From the NCBI GenBank assembly GCA_951406725.2, contig OX597820.1, positions 91,822,001 to 91,886,000 on the forward strand: DNA of 64,000 nucleotides, read 5' to 3'. Of this stretch, positions 25,729 to 40,149 are shown piece by piece; position 1 is the first letter of the stretch, and the number at the start of each line of letters is the position of its first letter. Source of the DNA: Octopus vulgaris (taxonomy: Eukaryota). The position numbers and the translations under genes are program-made. Below the pieces are notes generated by a model. It saw only the letters and a program-made list of their open reading frames with translations. It did no database searches and had not been told where the DNA came from.

Positions 25729-26445
25729 CAAGGGTGTACTCGAAAAGATCCGGTATTTTGAAATATTATTTTATTCACTTAGTTTTACATGTTTAGGATG
25801 TTATCACCTTCAAATTATTCTCTATTTGAATCAATGCATCAGTCCAGGTGCGTTTTCCACTATTCGAAGTAGTGCTGAAACTCTTGCTATGTGAGGCCTT
25901 TTAACGCTTCCGTCGTTTTTTTTCTTCTTTTCTTCCTCTCTTCCACATCTGCAAATTCCATAGCTCCAGCTTTCATCACCAGTGATGACCTTGGAAAAAT
26001 GGTCCGAATCAACTTCCAATTGTTCTTTCGGTTTACGATACGCCTTCAGTCGTGACTACTTTTGATCTTCCATGAGTAAGCGAGGCAGAAATTTTTCAGC
26101 AACTCATTCCATTCGCAGTTCCTCGCTCAGAATTCGTTGGTAGGAGTTCCTGTCATATAAACAAGTTCGAAAAATGTTATGTGACGATCCTTCGAGATCA
26201 GTTTATGAATTTTCATGTTCGGGAAGTCGACCGTCGTCCTGAAGAAGGTTGCTCTTCAAGCGACAAGTGACCATTCCGAAAAATTGGAAATCACTCGTAA
26301 ATTTCCTTCTATGGTGTTTGAAGCATGACAACTGTTTTGACCGCCATTTCCCCAGAATAAAACAGAATTCCACGGGACCACACTGTTTCTTCGCTTCAGC
26401 AATCGCAAAATCGACGAACAGGGGCGAAACGCTGCAAAAAAAACA
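25729..26445 (-). mobile_element. Internally deleted mariner transposon remnant
   Basis: TIR-like TA|caagggtgtactcgaaaaga at the left end. Minus-strand transposase motifs [14 protein letters not shown] (HTH), [20 protein letters not shown] (first catalytic Asp) and CIDSNRE*FEGD (C-terminus). Confidence 0.85.
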
Positions 26446-26453
26446 AAAAACAA

Positions 26454-26454
26454 T

Positions 26455-26530
<76 letters not shown>

Positions 26531-26578
26531 TATATATACACATACATATACATATATGTGTATATGTGTATATATACA

Positions 26579-26651
<73 letters not shown>
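26454..26651. repeat. (TA)n-rich microsatellite
   Basis: Seen directly. Confidence 0.95.
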
Positions 26652-26654
<3 letters not shown>

Positions 26655-26656
<2 letters not shown>

Positions 26657-27369
26657 CATTAAAACAATTAAGATTCAACTGAATTTCAATGAGTTCACAT
26701 GAATGTGGTACTTAACTTAGATGCACCAGAAATCTTTATGGTATTAACCATAAAATAATGTGGGGTGATTATAAACAAGAAAAAAGCAACAAGAATGGAT
26801 TAGTTGTTCAGTACAATTGTTTCATACGAAGAACAGATTTATTTAAAGCTGCAAATATTGCAGCAAATACAAGTGTCCCGTATTCATCAGCCAAAACACA
26901 TATGAGTTTTCCAAACATCCTAGGGGGTGAGGCTACACTCATGATGTATCGAAGAGAGTTCTATGAAAAGCAAAGTTAGATTTTAAGCAGACTTAAAATG
27001 TTTTCCAATGATGCACAGTTTTATAAAAGGTTTTTAAAAAGATTGTTAGCTTCACAGAAAAGATAAAACCATCCATAATAATGCAGGTGTAATTTCCGGA
27101 GATATGAGGAGAGATTTTATTCACACTGTGCATCATTGGAAAGCATTTTAAGTCTGCTTACAATCTAACTTTGCTTTTCATAGAACTCTCTTCGATACTT
27201 CATGGGTGTAGCCTCACCCCCTAGGATGTTTGGAAAACTCATATATGGTTTGGCTGATGAATACAGGACACTTGTATTTGCTGCAATATTTGCAGCTTTA
27301 AATAAATCTGTTCTTCGTATGAAACAATTGTACTGAACAACTAATCCATTCTTGTTGCTTTTTTCTTGT
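26655..27369. repeat. 245-bp inverted repeat (26775-27019 / 27125-27369, 105-bp spacer) with a one-sided extension; probable inverted PLE pLTR
   Basis: The arms are reverse complements with about 7 mismatches by eye. Each contains a partial HHR core (CTGATGA + atacagg/cttgtat stem) and AATAAA. The unit is flanked by (TA)n on both sides. Confidence 0.85.
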
Positions 27370-27417
27370 GTGTATATATATATATATTTGCATAATAGTG
27401 GTTTTGTCTCTAATTTA

Positions 27418-27458
<41 letters not shown>

Positions 27459-27494
27459 GTATATATATATGTATATATATATGTATGTATATAA

Positions 27495-28520
27495 TAATTA
27501 TATGAGGGAATATTATTCCTAACTTACAGGGAAAAATTCAGTTGAGAAATGCTAAATCAAATTTCACAAAATATAATATAATATAATGATATAATGCATA
27601 CTGATTGTTAAAACGAATGGAAGACAGATAGTTTACTTGCGGAGAATTAGGGGCGAGAGCAAACAAACGAAAACAAAGCTAGCAAAGCGACATACAATGT
27701 GGCTTAGATCGGTAGACAAAGACGAACAGTCAACCAAAATACGGCCTTGTTGCCAAGGAGACGAGAAGAGTGGGTCACGCTTAGAAAATGTCTTGTAGGA
27801 TGGAGGACAGAGAGACAGAGAATTGCGACTGTTCAACTACGGGACTAGTGTAAGGAAGGAAGGAAAAGGGGAACTGGTCACAGGTCACGTAACAGCAGCA
27901 GGCAGAGGGGAAAGACAAGAGAGAGGGAGAGAGAGGAAAAGAGAAAGAAGGAAAGTGATGAAGACAAAGGAGAAAGACTAGGAATACAAGAGGGAGAGAT
28001 AGAATAGGAGAAAGTAAAATAGAAGTGAAAAGGTGATGGAAGGAAAAGGGGTAAGAATGAAGGCAAGAGAGAAAGAGAGAGAGAGAGAGAGGCAAGAGAG
28101 TCACATGGTGATATGAAAATCTTGTTAATACAAATTCAGTATGTTCACTTTCAGTATTATGGAAGCAGTGCAGAAATAAATGGTCAACCACTGATATAAA
28201 TGTTTATATAATATGCTCATGAGGGGCTGCAGTAATCTATCTGAAGAAGATATTACTGAAAATATTAGCGTGCATCAATCATAGTCAACTATATTTGGGT
28301 AAAGAAATTCCATGTTTCCTGCAAAAGAAATTCCTGAAATTCTGGGAAATTGCATTGAATTGATTTCCCCGTTTTGAGAAGATAACATCCGGATGACATT
28401 TGTTATTTAAATATTTTGTATTTTCCTTATTTATTCTGGAAAATATGTGATCAGGTATCGCTTTGAATGCAGATGTCTAACTTTTCTCCCCAATATTATA
28501 TCTTTCATCTATGTCTTAGT
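27495..28520 (-). mobile_element. Possible old PLE 3' fragment (GIY-YIG remnant + pyrimidine-rich 3' UTR)
   Basis: Minus-strand frameshifted IG-RKVRHLH...IPDHI (~28445-28495) and ISVVDHL (~28190), then a CT-rich tract ending in (TA)n. Confidence 0.35.
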
Positions 28521-29896
28521 GAAAATTACACAGACTCTCATTTCCACACTAATGTATACGTTTGGCTTTGGCTCCCACAAAAATTAGTTTCCGAAACAAA
28601 ATAGTTTCATCTGGATATTAGTCATCTCAGAAACATAGTAGATTGCAGTAGCCATATAGTACAATTCAGTGAAAGCGAACCGGTTACCTGAATTTGCTAA
28701 ACAAACGTTTTAACGATACTCTTATGTATATCAAATTTGCATCACAGACGAAGGTTAAGAATTATAGTCAGAAATTGATGTAAAAGAGAATTCACATTCT
28801 TTGAATGAGTCGTTGCCGATCTTCAAACCCTTGCAGAGAACAACGCCAATGTTCTAGCTGAATGTTGAAAATGCTAGTTTTTAATACATATCAAGTGGTA
28901 TAGTATTGCCTGTTATGAGATTTTTTAGTGATATTTAGGTAATTAATCGGCGTTGTATTATTTACGCTATTCTCTTGAGTATAATTCATGCCATTATATA
29001 GATACTTATCCATGCAAATATATATTAACAGCGTAGCATGAGCAGTACGATGCATTTTATGGATGCTTATCAACACAGCAACAATAAACGTAAACCTCAA
29101 TAGCAGCATTTCATCGGAATTCTATTATATATTTGATGCCTACTATATCTGTCTCAATCTCCTGTTCCATTGCATCTAATAATTTCACTATTGCCCCAAT
29201 GATTAGAATTTCGATTTTAATATATAATATGAAATTATCAACTCTTATTTCATATCCATTCGTCTTAAATATTACAATAATTACTGAGATAATTTGTTTT
29301 CCTCGTGATATAATGTTTATCAAAATTTTATTCTCAATTCTGAAATAATTTATCATTATAGAGATATGCGTTTGTTTATTTAGTAAATTCTTACTTTCTT
29401 TACACAGAAACTTCTTCTTATACTGACTCATTGATGCATCCATTTACAGTAAAATTTGCTCGCCAATTCCATTATATTTTAAAACATTTATCATTGAATT
29501 ACTTCTTTCTTTCCTTTGTTCTAACGTTATTTTGGTATTCTAGCTTTTCCAAACTTGGCCTTTCTACAAAACATCAGTCATATTTATACCTCATTTTATT
29601 TTTATTATGTGCACAGACGATTAAATGCTTTTAAATACAAACAAGCGGTGTCAAATATTATCATTGCAATCTTTATATACATACATACAGTTATACTGAC
29701 AGACATACAGTGTGTGTATGTATGTGTAAGTTTGGTTTTGTATGTACTTATATTATGTGTGATGTGTTTGTATATATGTATTAGGCATAAATCCAAGAGC
29801 AACTGGTACTTCAATTTTGCATCATATTTTGGTTCTAGTATCAATCAAATTCACCACAGGTAGCTTAATGGGAAGACTGAACGGAAAGTTGCTCGA

Positions 29897-30103
29897 TTAG
29901 CTATAACATCTATTTGATGGAATTAACGATGAAGTGACTGAGTATTCCACAGGTATGTCTACGCTTAATCTAATCCTTAAGTAGAATCTGCGTGGCTCTC
30001 TTTCATGAGTGAAAGCATTTTTAGTTACTGGTATAATCAATCCGAGGGATTTTTGCAGAGTCTCCGTCTCCGAATCGGTAAAATTTTCTGTTTCTACCAA
30101 CAT
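29897..30103 (-). pseudogene. PLE N-terminal region remnant
   Basis: FTDSETETLQKSLGLIIPV...EPRRFYLRIRL resembles the PLE LTxxExxxLxKGLxFxP...FxRxLRL motif. Confidence 0.5.
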
Positions 30104-30360
30104 GAATGAAAATGGTTATAAATGGTTATAAATGTTAAAGCCTCCTTTATAAGTACTTTCCAGTATCATATTCTGAGATTTCAGTACAAAGTTTGCGAAA
30201 AACAAATTATTGCATACAAACACACATGTACATATGCACGGATGAGTTTAAGTTTGGACATCAACCCTATTCCCATATTTTGATATCTTACTTGCGCATA
30301 AACCAACATCATACCACTCGCACCCTTGAACCAACCTTACTCTGAATGCAATCTCCCCTT

Positions 30361-30395
30361 ACGATGACGAGCAATGACTCTGAAACTAGTCTCAG
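30361..30395 (+). ncRNA. Degenerate minimal hammerhead motif (GAAACTAGTC family)
   Basis: cGATGA-cgagcaatgactct-GAAA-ctag-TC-tcag, homologous to 32303-32341. Confidence 0.45.
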
Positions 30396-30978
30396 AAACT
30401 TGCTCAAAGCAGTGTAGATGAAATTCCAATCTGAACAGCCAACGGTCTTTTCTTTTCCCCCTTCTCGTTTACCACAATACATTCAAACCATAAGTGACAC
30501 ATCCTGCACCTCCAGAAAGAGAGATATGCGACCATACGTTTTTTATACCAGCCCCTCGGATAAACGCCAGAATTGTGTTTTTCAAAATTTCTTGTGTACA
30601 AAACTGATTGGTAAAATAGGCTGAAATAGAACTGAAGCAAAATGTATTCTTTAAATAGTAATATACGCATCATCTGTCTTGGGGTTAGTGCGCGTGAGTG
30701 TGTGTTTGTGCGTGTGTATATGTGTGTGTGCGTGTGTGTGTGCATGTACGAACATAAATATAAACGACTCTGTTGCTCTAATATTTATGCATTAAAGAAC
30801 ACGCCCAAGACATGTATAATTTTTTATTTTCTATTTCACAATGAGACTGTGCATAACATTTCTTTCGCTATAATAAAGCAGCACTTTCTATAATTTCATC
30901 TTCCAAATTATTGGATTTTGATATCCTCTCCCCCGAATTTGACAATTATGCCAGGAGTCTAACGACTGAAACAAGTAA

Positions 30979-31021
<43 letters not shown>

Positions 31022-32139
31022 CACACACAGACACACACACACAAGTATGACTTAACATACACACGCACAAATATTTGAGGATGGGTATAAGGTTTTTGAC
31101 TGCAATCATATTCCATACCTGTATATACTAAATGAAAGAATTGTTTATAGTATATCCACTGTTATGTGAGGTGTTTCATAAGCTTATTTAAGATTTAAAG
31201 GTGAGAGAACACCTCATGTTGCAACCCACTTATGTGTATGTATCTGTACGTACGTGTGTGTGTAAGTGCGTGTGTGTATGGATATGTAATCTATCTCTTT
31301 GACTTTATGTAACTATGTTAGTGTGGGTGGAGTTATGTGTAATTCGTATTTCAGCATGTGTGTAAGTGTAGACGTATGCAAAGACTGTAATGATTATATC
31401 CTAGCTCTAGGATAAACATTGCAGTATTCGTATATATAAATTGTATTCATAATGAGTCTTATTTGACTGGAGGAAGTAATTACAGAATGATTATCTATTA
31501 GTAATACCTGAATAATTACTTAACATTTCACTTTTGCTTTTACATAAGTGTTAGCTATATAAAGTACCTCCTTAATGCTTATATACGTAGTTTTCTAATA
31601 CATCATCCATCGCAATTTTAACGAACACGAGGTAAAGGACACAGGTATACACATTTATCAAACACGTGTGTGAAAATCACGTTCTTGTTAGTTGTCCCAA
31701 AATTATTTTGCTGATCAAATTTTACCTATTTGCTCTACTCACATTTAGTGTGTATAGTAAATAGGTATATCAATAGTGTGTTGTTGTTTTTAATATTCTT
31801 TCAATAATTTATACCCGAGATGCAGGTCCTTCGGCTATTGGTTACGTTGCAGAACAGTTTGCTGAACAGTTTGTGGCTACGATTCCCTTATCCGGTGGTG
31901 CATGTTGCTCTTAAGCAAAATACATCATTCTTACATTACTCCAGTCAACTCAGCTGCAAATAAGTTTCAGCGATCGCTAGGGAATTTTACCCTTCGACGG
32001 AGCGATTTCTAATTAAGAGTGGTAGTGTTGCAATGTTAATCAATTAAACGACAAGCAAGGTAGGTATAGCTCCAGAATGAGGGGTAGTGGGGCTTATCAG
32101 AAATTCAAGGAGTAGTTAGGATTATGAGAGAACTAAGAC

Positions 32140-32520
32140 GAAGTTTACACTGCTTGTACTGAAAATCGTTACCTTCTAAATCTCTCTGAGAGATTTATAC
32201 AGTAGCATATTTCTATTTTCGAAATCAGTGAATGTATTTCACTTGAAATCTATATCTTTTTAAAGGCGAATAAGCATTGACAGCTTGCAAGTCATGCTAC
32301 TCAAGATTGATGATAAGCAATGACTTTGAAACTAGTCTCTGAAAAGGTCGCAAGACACAACGAAAATTTTAGGAAAATAAAAATAAAGAATAAGTGGAAA
32401 TTTTACCGGTAAGTGTGTTAAATTATAAGGCACGAAAAGAAAATTACTCACCCTAGACACAACAAAATATGCTTCAACACACGAACTCACATAAAGAATC
32501 TTGCGAACTAAATCCACATG
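32140..32520 (+). mobile_element. PLE 3' end: C-terminal coding remnant, HHR and tail abutting (TA)n
   Basis: EVYTACTENRYLLN (32140-32181) resembles the ELxxxCRHxNKYLL PLE C-terminus. HHR aga-tTGATGA-taagcaatgacttt-GAAA-ctag-TC-tct (32303-32341). The tail ttcaacacacgaactcacataaagaatcttgcg is homologous to the reverse complement of 45685-45720. Confidence 0.55.
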
Positions 32521-32993
32521 CTATATATATATATATATATATATATATAAGTAGATAAATGGTACAACAAGGTACCAATATTTACTGGAAAATAGCAATC
32601 GATATAAATACGACGCTATTGTATAGCTTCACTGCGTATATATAAGCAAAGGCGTGTGTGTGCAACAAACATGAAAAAAAAATGTCTTACCTCTAGGGAA
32701 GAACATTCGATAAATGGACAACCTAGAATCGGATAATGCAGGACCGGTTTTTAACTCTTCAAATACATTTGACAACGTAAATTTGATTAGTCTTCATCAG
32801 CTGCATTTACATGGACAAAATTTCAAATGTTGCCACATCAATGCCAGTACACTCGACTGAACGCCAAAACGTTAACAGAACGAGAACAGTGAAGAAGTTT
32901 CAATGAAAATAATAATGCAATACAAATGTATTACTTTCCAGTAAAGGATAAGGGTAAATTATACATATAAAAGTTGATAAATGGTACATACAT

Positions 32994-33031
<38 letters not shown>

Positions 33032-33049
33032 GAGCACACACACACGCAT

Positions 33050-33080
<31 letters not shown>

Positions 33081-33138
33081 GATAAAGAATTCGGTATTTA
33101 AATTCAAATGCATAGCAGAACTACGTTTTCACCTATTG

Positions 33139-33184
<46 letters not shown>

Positions 33185-34207
33185 TGTTTGTGTGGCTGTG
33201 TAGAATGTTAAATTCCTATAAGCTGTAACATAACGTGCATGGACACTGACATATCCATGCGATTACAATATACATAATCATATTAATGTTTAACGGTTTT
33301 CACTCATAATAAATAAGAGCAAGAAATTATTTCTGCAGTTTTACGTTACTTTAGAAATCGTAAAAAATTGTAATTCATACCTATCTTTTATATTCTCTAT
33401 TATAACTAAAAATCAAAAATTTTGTACGGCTTTTCAATATGAAAGCAGGTTGCATGTTAGAGAACATACATACTTGTTATTTTGTAATACCAATATGTTG
33501 TCCCACACATTTATTTCGGTGCTTTGCTGGGGTTCATTTAGCTACGTATTCTATCTAAAAGCTTGATATCTATGGTTGCGTGCATTTTCGATATTTTGAC
33601 TAATTAGATCCCATTTGAAAGAAAATCATGCTGTATTTTGAAATATATTTTGTTGCTTTTGAGCTACAAACTACGTGTAATGTACAGCAATAGTAAATGT
33701 AATATGAACCCAGAAAGAAATTAATTTTAATGGCAACATAGATATTCTCGATGTAGATAAAATAGAGTTATTGATTGGACACGAGAAATATTACCAAAAC
33801 TGAGTTATTACAAGTCTTTTATAAGCAAATAGCAGATAATAAATCATAGAAATTTTTGCTGAAAGACTGAACAGTGAATTTAAACTAAAACTTATTTTCT
33901 GAGGACGAAGAAAGAGACGGCTGTACATAAACTACTTTTGTAAAACATGCCATATTTACTACTAAATAATAACATGTCAACGATTAACATTCCAAAAGAT
34001 TTGGATTGTATTCCTGATTATGTCTGTGTAATTGATATACTATTTGATAGACTTCATGAATATATATATATATATATATATATATGTGCTTAGTTTATGC
34101 AAATCAGTGTCAAGTGCGCTATCACATTTTCGAATAATCTTATGCATAAGCTATTTTAAAACGGTGTGCGTTGACTTCTGTTGCAGAAACATGCAACACA
34201 AAGATAG

Positions 34208-34427
34208 ACTCTTTTACTTGTTTCAGTCATTTGACTGCGGCCATACTGGAGCGCCGCCTTCATCGAGCGAATCGACCCCAGGACTTATTCATTGGAAGCC
34301 TACTACTTATAATATCGGTATGTTTTGCCGAACCACTAATTAACGTGGACATAAACACACCAGCATCGGCTGTCAACCATGTGGTTGGTAAGCAAGCTAC
34401 TTACCACACAGCCACTCCTACGCCTAT
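34208..34427 (-). mobile_element. Family-C SINE with a large internal deletion
   Basis: Matches both ends of 55553-55987. It lacks the microsatellite and core, with the junction at ...gctgtcaa|ccatgtgg. Confidence 0.85.
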
Positions 34428-36261
34428 GCACAATTCGAGATTAAAAGTCAACTCGTAACACAAAAACTTAGGCACCACTTTGCACTTGAGATCTATGGCC
34501 ATGCACACAAACACACATATATTTCTGTGCATACATCGAAGCACACTTTTCTGTATAAGTTAAGAGAAAATACATTCGAAACTAATGATTCTCTCCGTCG
34601 ATCCTGAGAGCTTCTTGATGAGAGTGGCAATTATATGCATAAAATTCTTCGAAAGAATATATCTACGTATACATGCTTATAAAGATACCAACAATCATGC
34701 AGAAAGCGGCACATACACATAAATACATACATACACACGAATGTACACACAGAAATTATGTAGGCCGCACCATATATTCCATGAACTGAACTATTTCATG
34801 TAACGAACCGACAATTTTCACAAGCCATGATGTGGAGAGTGTGCGCATATAAGAATATTAAATATCTATTTTGAATAGTTTAATGTATATTTAGAGAATT
34901 CTCGGGAAAATATAATGGCGATTTCCGTCTAGGATGTGGTTATTTATTTGAAACTTAAGCACACCGAAACGGGACATTAGTTTTCATAAACTTTCAAGGG
35001 AGCATTAATACGTTAAGTATTTCCAATTGTAGAAGAGTTCACGTTTTATTTAATTAATCAATAAATTCATTCATGTACCACGTTGCTACTCAATGTACTG
35101 TTGTGCAAATTAGAGTCGGCATACCAGCTGATCCCTCGTTTATATTTGATACAAATATTTATAATCTATGAACTTCTGCAAACACAGTGAATAACGTAAA
35201 TGCCTACTGACTGGCATGGAGTCATTCACAGTCTAGCTGCTCCAGCCTCTGGCCCACCATGTGCAGTCCATCTGACATTTCTGCCACCAATTTAATGGAG
35301 TCCGCTCTGTAGATCTGGTTGGGCATGTGAAAATTTAACATATGATTTTCTGTTGCAACCTCCTCTTCTTACTCTTGTTTTATTGAACCCCAAATCGGCA
35401 TAATACTAAATCATAATGCTCATAACGCCGTGTTTCATTCTTGAAGTATCGGCCCTATGGTATTCCTTTCCTACTTAAACATTTCCGCAGATATTGACTA
35501 AAAAATTTCAAATGGAAAATTAATGTCATCAATCTCATTGGTCAAGGAGCGTCTGCAAAGAAATGAACACTTCTCTTCCCTACCCACTGCGACAGAACCA
35601 GCTAATATTATGTATAATGTTACATAAAATGCCATGCGCTATTTGCTTATACACTGTCTTTTCTGATTACAAATTTAACCTTTCGTCCATTAGTTGTTTA
35701 TACATAACTTGCAATCAAGAGCAGAGGGTTGGTGGTATATAGAGTTGGTTGGGATGCCTTGTAACACCTGTTTCAGCGTTGTGGGTTATGAGCGTCCTCA
35801 TGAGAGACGGCAAAGACTCTTTCATATCCTTCAATTCAATCAAAGGATAGAAATATATCACACATGCATATACACACGCATACACCACACATACACAAAC
35901 GTATATACATATATATACGTACAAATATACATTCATACGCCCACACAAACACCTACATACAAGCAAGTGAATGTACGCATATTATGATATTATACGTAAA
36001 GCAATTGGAGGTCGTCGTCTACTAATATGAGTGATATGACCATGCCACGAATATTGCTCGAAGGAAAAGCAGACTGATACAGACTGAGACTTCTGTCATC
36101 ACAACTAATTTATAAAGTCAAATGTTAGAATGAATAAGAGATAAATGGCCAACACGCTATTTTGCCAAACCAATCTCCCATTCACTTACTCTGAAGTGCA
36201 CAAACACAAACACACATACACGCACACTTCCTCTCTGCTTCTCTTTCTGTCATTCTTTCGC

Positions 36262-36341
<80 letters not shown>

Positions 36342-36467
36342 ATGTACAGACGTTAGAATCTCTCAGTTGATGTTTACGGTTTCTATTTTAAACGCGTATG
36401 CGTGTGTGTATCCGTGTGCGCCGCACGAATTAAAGCTCTCATAAATTGCATGTTCATATGTTCATTA

Positions 36468-36606
<139 letters not shown>

Positions 36607-38529
36607 AATGCAGAAGACATCACCTCATGCTTTATATACTTACATAATAAAATGTGATGTAAAATATTATTGTAATTACTTTGCTGGTTCCCATTCAATA
36701 GTCATTATTTTCACGAAAACATGACGACTTGTTTAAGAAAAGCTATATATGACATAGTGCAATACATTACACAAACTGCCGATGCAACCTGCCATTTTCA
36801 CACAAACAGGAAAACAATTAGCATTTCTACTGCTTTGCAGTCAGCTTATATTCGTTGGGAAATGGCCATTTCACAAACCCCTCTTTATACCCAAATAGTT
36901 TCAAACTTAACACCTTAAGTTCAAATGCCCCGTAGCTCTTTTGTATAGTTCAATACTGAATCAAAATAGAATATCATTCACTTCAGTAATAACTGTGTGG
37001 TTTTCTCTGGTGGAAATAAATAACAAATAAACGAAAATGGAAGTAAATTATTGTTTTGCTTCACCTTGCACGACTTAAACACTTCGTATTCGTTTGTTGT
37101 TTGTCGTGATAACTATTGGCACGACTTTAAAAATATTCAATCACTACCAATTTGCTTTACTTCCTGCTATCGTGCATTCTGCGGAATATTTTTGGTTACA
37201 TTATATACTTAAGAAAGAACGGTTCTGAAATAGTGCAAATATTTACTCTATAACTATTTAAATTTTGTTGCTTTCAAAAATTCAGGTAACTAGGAAATCT
37301 TAACAACTGTGTTCACGCCAACCTGTACACATATGTAAATACTTAACTACTTATACAATTGCATCCACAGCACAACACCTACACACACATACCTTTGCTT
37401 GTTTTCAATAGCGAGGAATTAAAAGTTACGCTTAAATTTCTTTTGCTTTTTTTGTCACAAGTATTGTTTAACCGACTGTGCTTAACACTAACAGCAGACA
37501 CATTTAAACAGCTAGCGACAATCATCTATAACCTGTGCAGTTATATAGACTTTATGATACATCAAGAATCTCGAAATTTGTCATTCTCAGATTTCTACAG
37601 GTGTCAACCACAAAATTTTAAGAGATGAAACCAAATAGTGCTGTCATGTTCTGTAGCAGATAGGATTTATTCCATCGAAGATTTTCTTTATAATAATATT
37701 GCCTTACCAGGCGATATAGAGTATCTTCCATGGGCGCACTTGATGGTTTGTCCCTGATTATTTTGTTATGACTTCTATTTCCCTGCCAGGCATAATTACT
37801 GGTAGGGCAACTTCATTATACTGCCAGATTTTAATTTCAGTACATACGCTTGCTGTTGTCAGGATTTGGCTCATAAATTGAGATAAGGCCTCTACCTTGT
37901 GAGTTCAAATGTTTAAGTCACTACTGATTGTACTACTCAGTAAAAGAAACTATCAACATCTACCACAATTTACTGTCTTATAAAAATAGGAGATTGCGTT
38001 GTGGCAATTCTATATAATTAATATTGCTCACGTACCCCCAAACTACATTCCAGAATCCTTGTTAAATGTCCTTATTCTTTAATTCATAGGATCCAAAACT
38101 GTATAACATGAACTCATCGATATATAATAGATGGTATATATATATTCCCTCCATACATTCAAGGCGCATAAGCGGGTCTAGACTTTTCAGTATGCTGCTC
38201 GAGGCTTACTAGATGTAGTTGTTTTGGTTGTTGTTGTTGTTTTTATTATCATTACTATTTATATTATCTTTAATAATTTAAAAGGATTGACGTAACTCTT
38301 CACAAAGATAAATAGACAATAGAAAGAGAGCTGCCTCTATCGAGTTCAAAACGAAAAGCGATAAGAATTCAAAATTATACAAAAATATGAACGAGAACAA
38401 CCAGCGTCCAGACGTTGATGGAATGACATCATCAGTCTTCAAAGCTGAATTTTACAACTGGCAAAGAGAAAAAGAAAGAAAAAAAGTAAAAATAAAAAAG
38501 CAAAGAAAAGGAAAGGAAGGAAAATTTAA

Positions 38530-39240
38530 TCAAACAGTTTATGTCAATTAGATGAAATTCTCCTGTCTTTTTATTCATTTCTCCAGGGCGTGACGTTAAT
38601 AACCCGCAAATGTATTTCTCCTCAAACATTTTGGGTACTACAAGTGTACCAGATTCAGAATATTTTCTGAGAATATACACTTTCGAGTCTTTTTCCAAAT
38701 TGAAGCCGTTTGATTCAAAATCTTCGGCAAGTTTTGTCGACGTACTGTTATTATGCCTGACGTCATATCTGTGCCCATTGAATTTTTTGTTTAATTGTTC
38801 TGTTGTACAACCAACATAAATCAAGTTGTGTTTCGTGCATTCTGCTGCGTACACCAAATGGGAATTTCTACATGCCCCAGCTTCTGTATAAATTATAGCA
38901 CTTCTGTAATGATTCCTGATGGAATTCACTTGACACGTATTATTGCAAAATGAACGGGGCTTACCTCTCTTGCGGCTGGGTTTTTTTTTACATGGTACAG
39001 CGTGCAGATACTCTAATACTAGTTTTCTTGGAGTCAGAAGTAGAGATTAATAGCTCTCATATTTTTTCTGTTTAAAGGCTACAATAGGCGGCTGAGGAAA
39101 TATTTCTTTGAAATGAGGATATTTTCCTGCATTATACTGGTAACTTTCATGCAACACTTTTGAAATGCCAGCGAAATTTTGATGCCAGTTAGTCACTAAA
39201 TAAATTCTGACACATATTGTACTGTTTCCTAAAATTATGC
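38530..39240 (-). pseudogene. PLE linker and GIY-YIG endonuclease
   Basis: LVTNWHQNFAGISKVLHE...FKEIFPQPPIVAFKQ (Neptune-type linker), PCKK..R...FCNNTC, CRNSHLVYAAECTKHNLIYVGCTTEQLNKKFNGHRYD, and FEEKYICGLLTSRPGEMN. Confidence 0.85.
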
Positions 39241-39599
39241 GTGAAAGTTGCTATTTCCTTTAATTGTGATCACTGTAACTGCAATTGGCATAATGGAGTA
39301 CAAAAGCATTTACATGTCACCCATAATCCCCTATATCAGTAGAAATCCGTTCCGTTTTATCCTCAAGAATCGGGATTTCGGATTTGACAAAATTATAGGG
39401 TTGTATGATCAAAGCGGAGGTGGAGGTAAATGTGGGGTCAGGGGAGCTTGCGAAATAACTCTGTCACTATTCTTCCTCTGGAAAACTTAACATTTGTGTA
39501 AGAAAATTCAATGCTAGATTTTGAAAAACTTGACGTAAATTATATGTTAGACTTAAAGCCATAGATTTTAGCGCAACAGCCACAGAAATACAAGAAGTA

Positions 39600-40143
39600 A
39601 ATTGAACAATATTGTAATTCTTCCTAAACAAAAAAAATCATCACGGAATCGTAACCAGAGTATTGGTTCATGACCATGTAGTGATTATATTTTATTAAGT
39701 AACTGTGTCTCTAATTTCGTCATGAAGACATTAACGAAATTGACTACCATGGGGATACACATGGCACAACCCCTCATCTGATGGTAACATTTTTGTCCAA
39801 ACTTCATTGTGTTACTTCGTACCACAAGCCTCAATAACCTACTGAGAAAATTTGGTAGCATACTTTGTTTGACCGTTTTCCGAAGGCATTCATGCATATT
39901 TCTACCCTTTCATCGTGATCCTTATTAGGTTATAAGGAAGAAACAGGCATGGTTACCAAAAATAGTTTCCGACATGGCTTCGGTACTTAAAAAAGTTGTT
40001 GATTTTAGACACAAAATCAAAGGTATCTCAGGAAGTAGAAAGACATGCAGCCACTCCTAAATTTTGGTTGTACAACATTCATATCCACTGCATTGGAGGA
40101 AATCGTTAGACCCTTTGGCGTATTTTGGGAGAGACCATAAAAT
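39600..40143 (-). pseudogene. PLE reverse transcriptase (decayed)
   Basis: FYGL/PKIRQ..RFPP, MPVSSL*PNKDHDEKG, CYHQMRGCAMCIPMVVNFVNVFMTKLE, and WLRFRDDFF (catalytic DD). Confidence 0.85.
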
Positions 40144-40149
40144 ACAGAG

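Noticed and set aside
29111-29443. 110-aa ORF not derived from a microsatellite
   Set aside because: I/N/K-biased composition typical of AT-rich noncoding DNA, with no recognisable motif.
35100-35600. Slightly GC-richer segment that might be a decayed LINE or exon
   Set aside because: The minus-strand frames examined have stops, and no motif could be identified with confidence.
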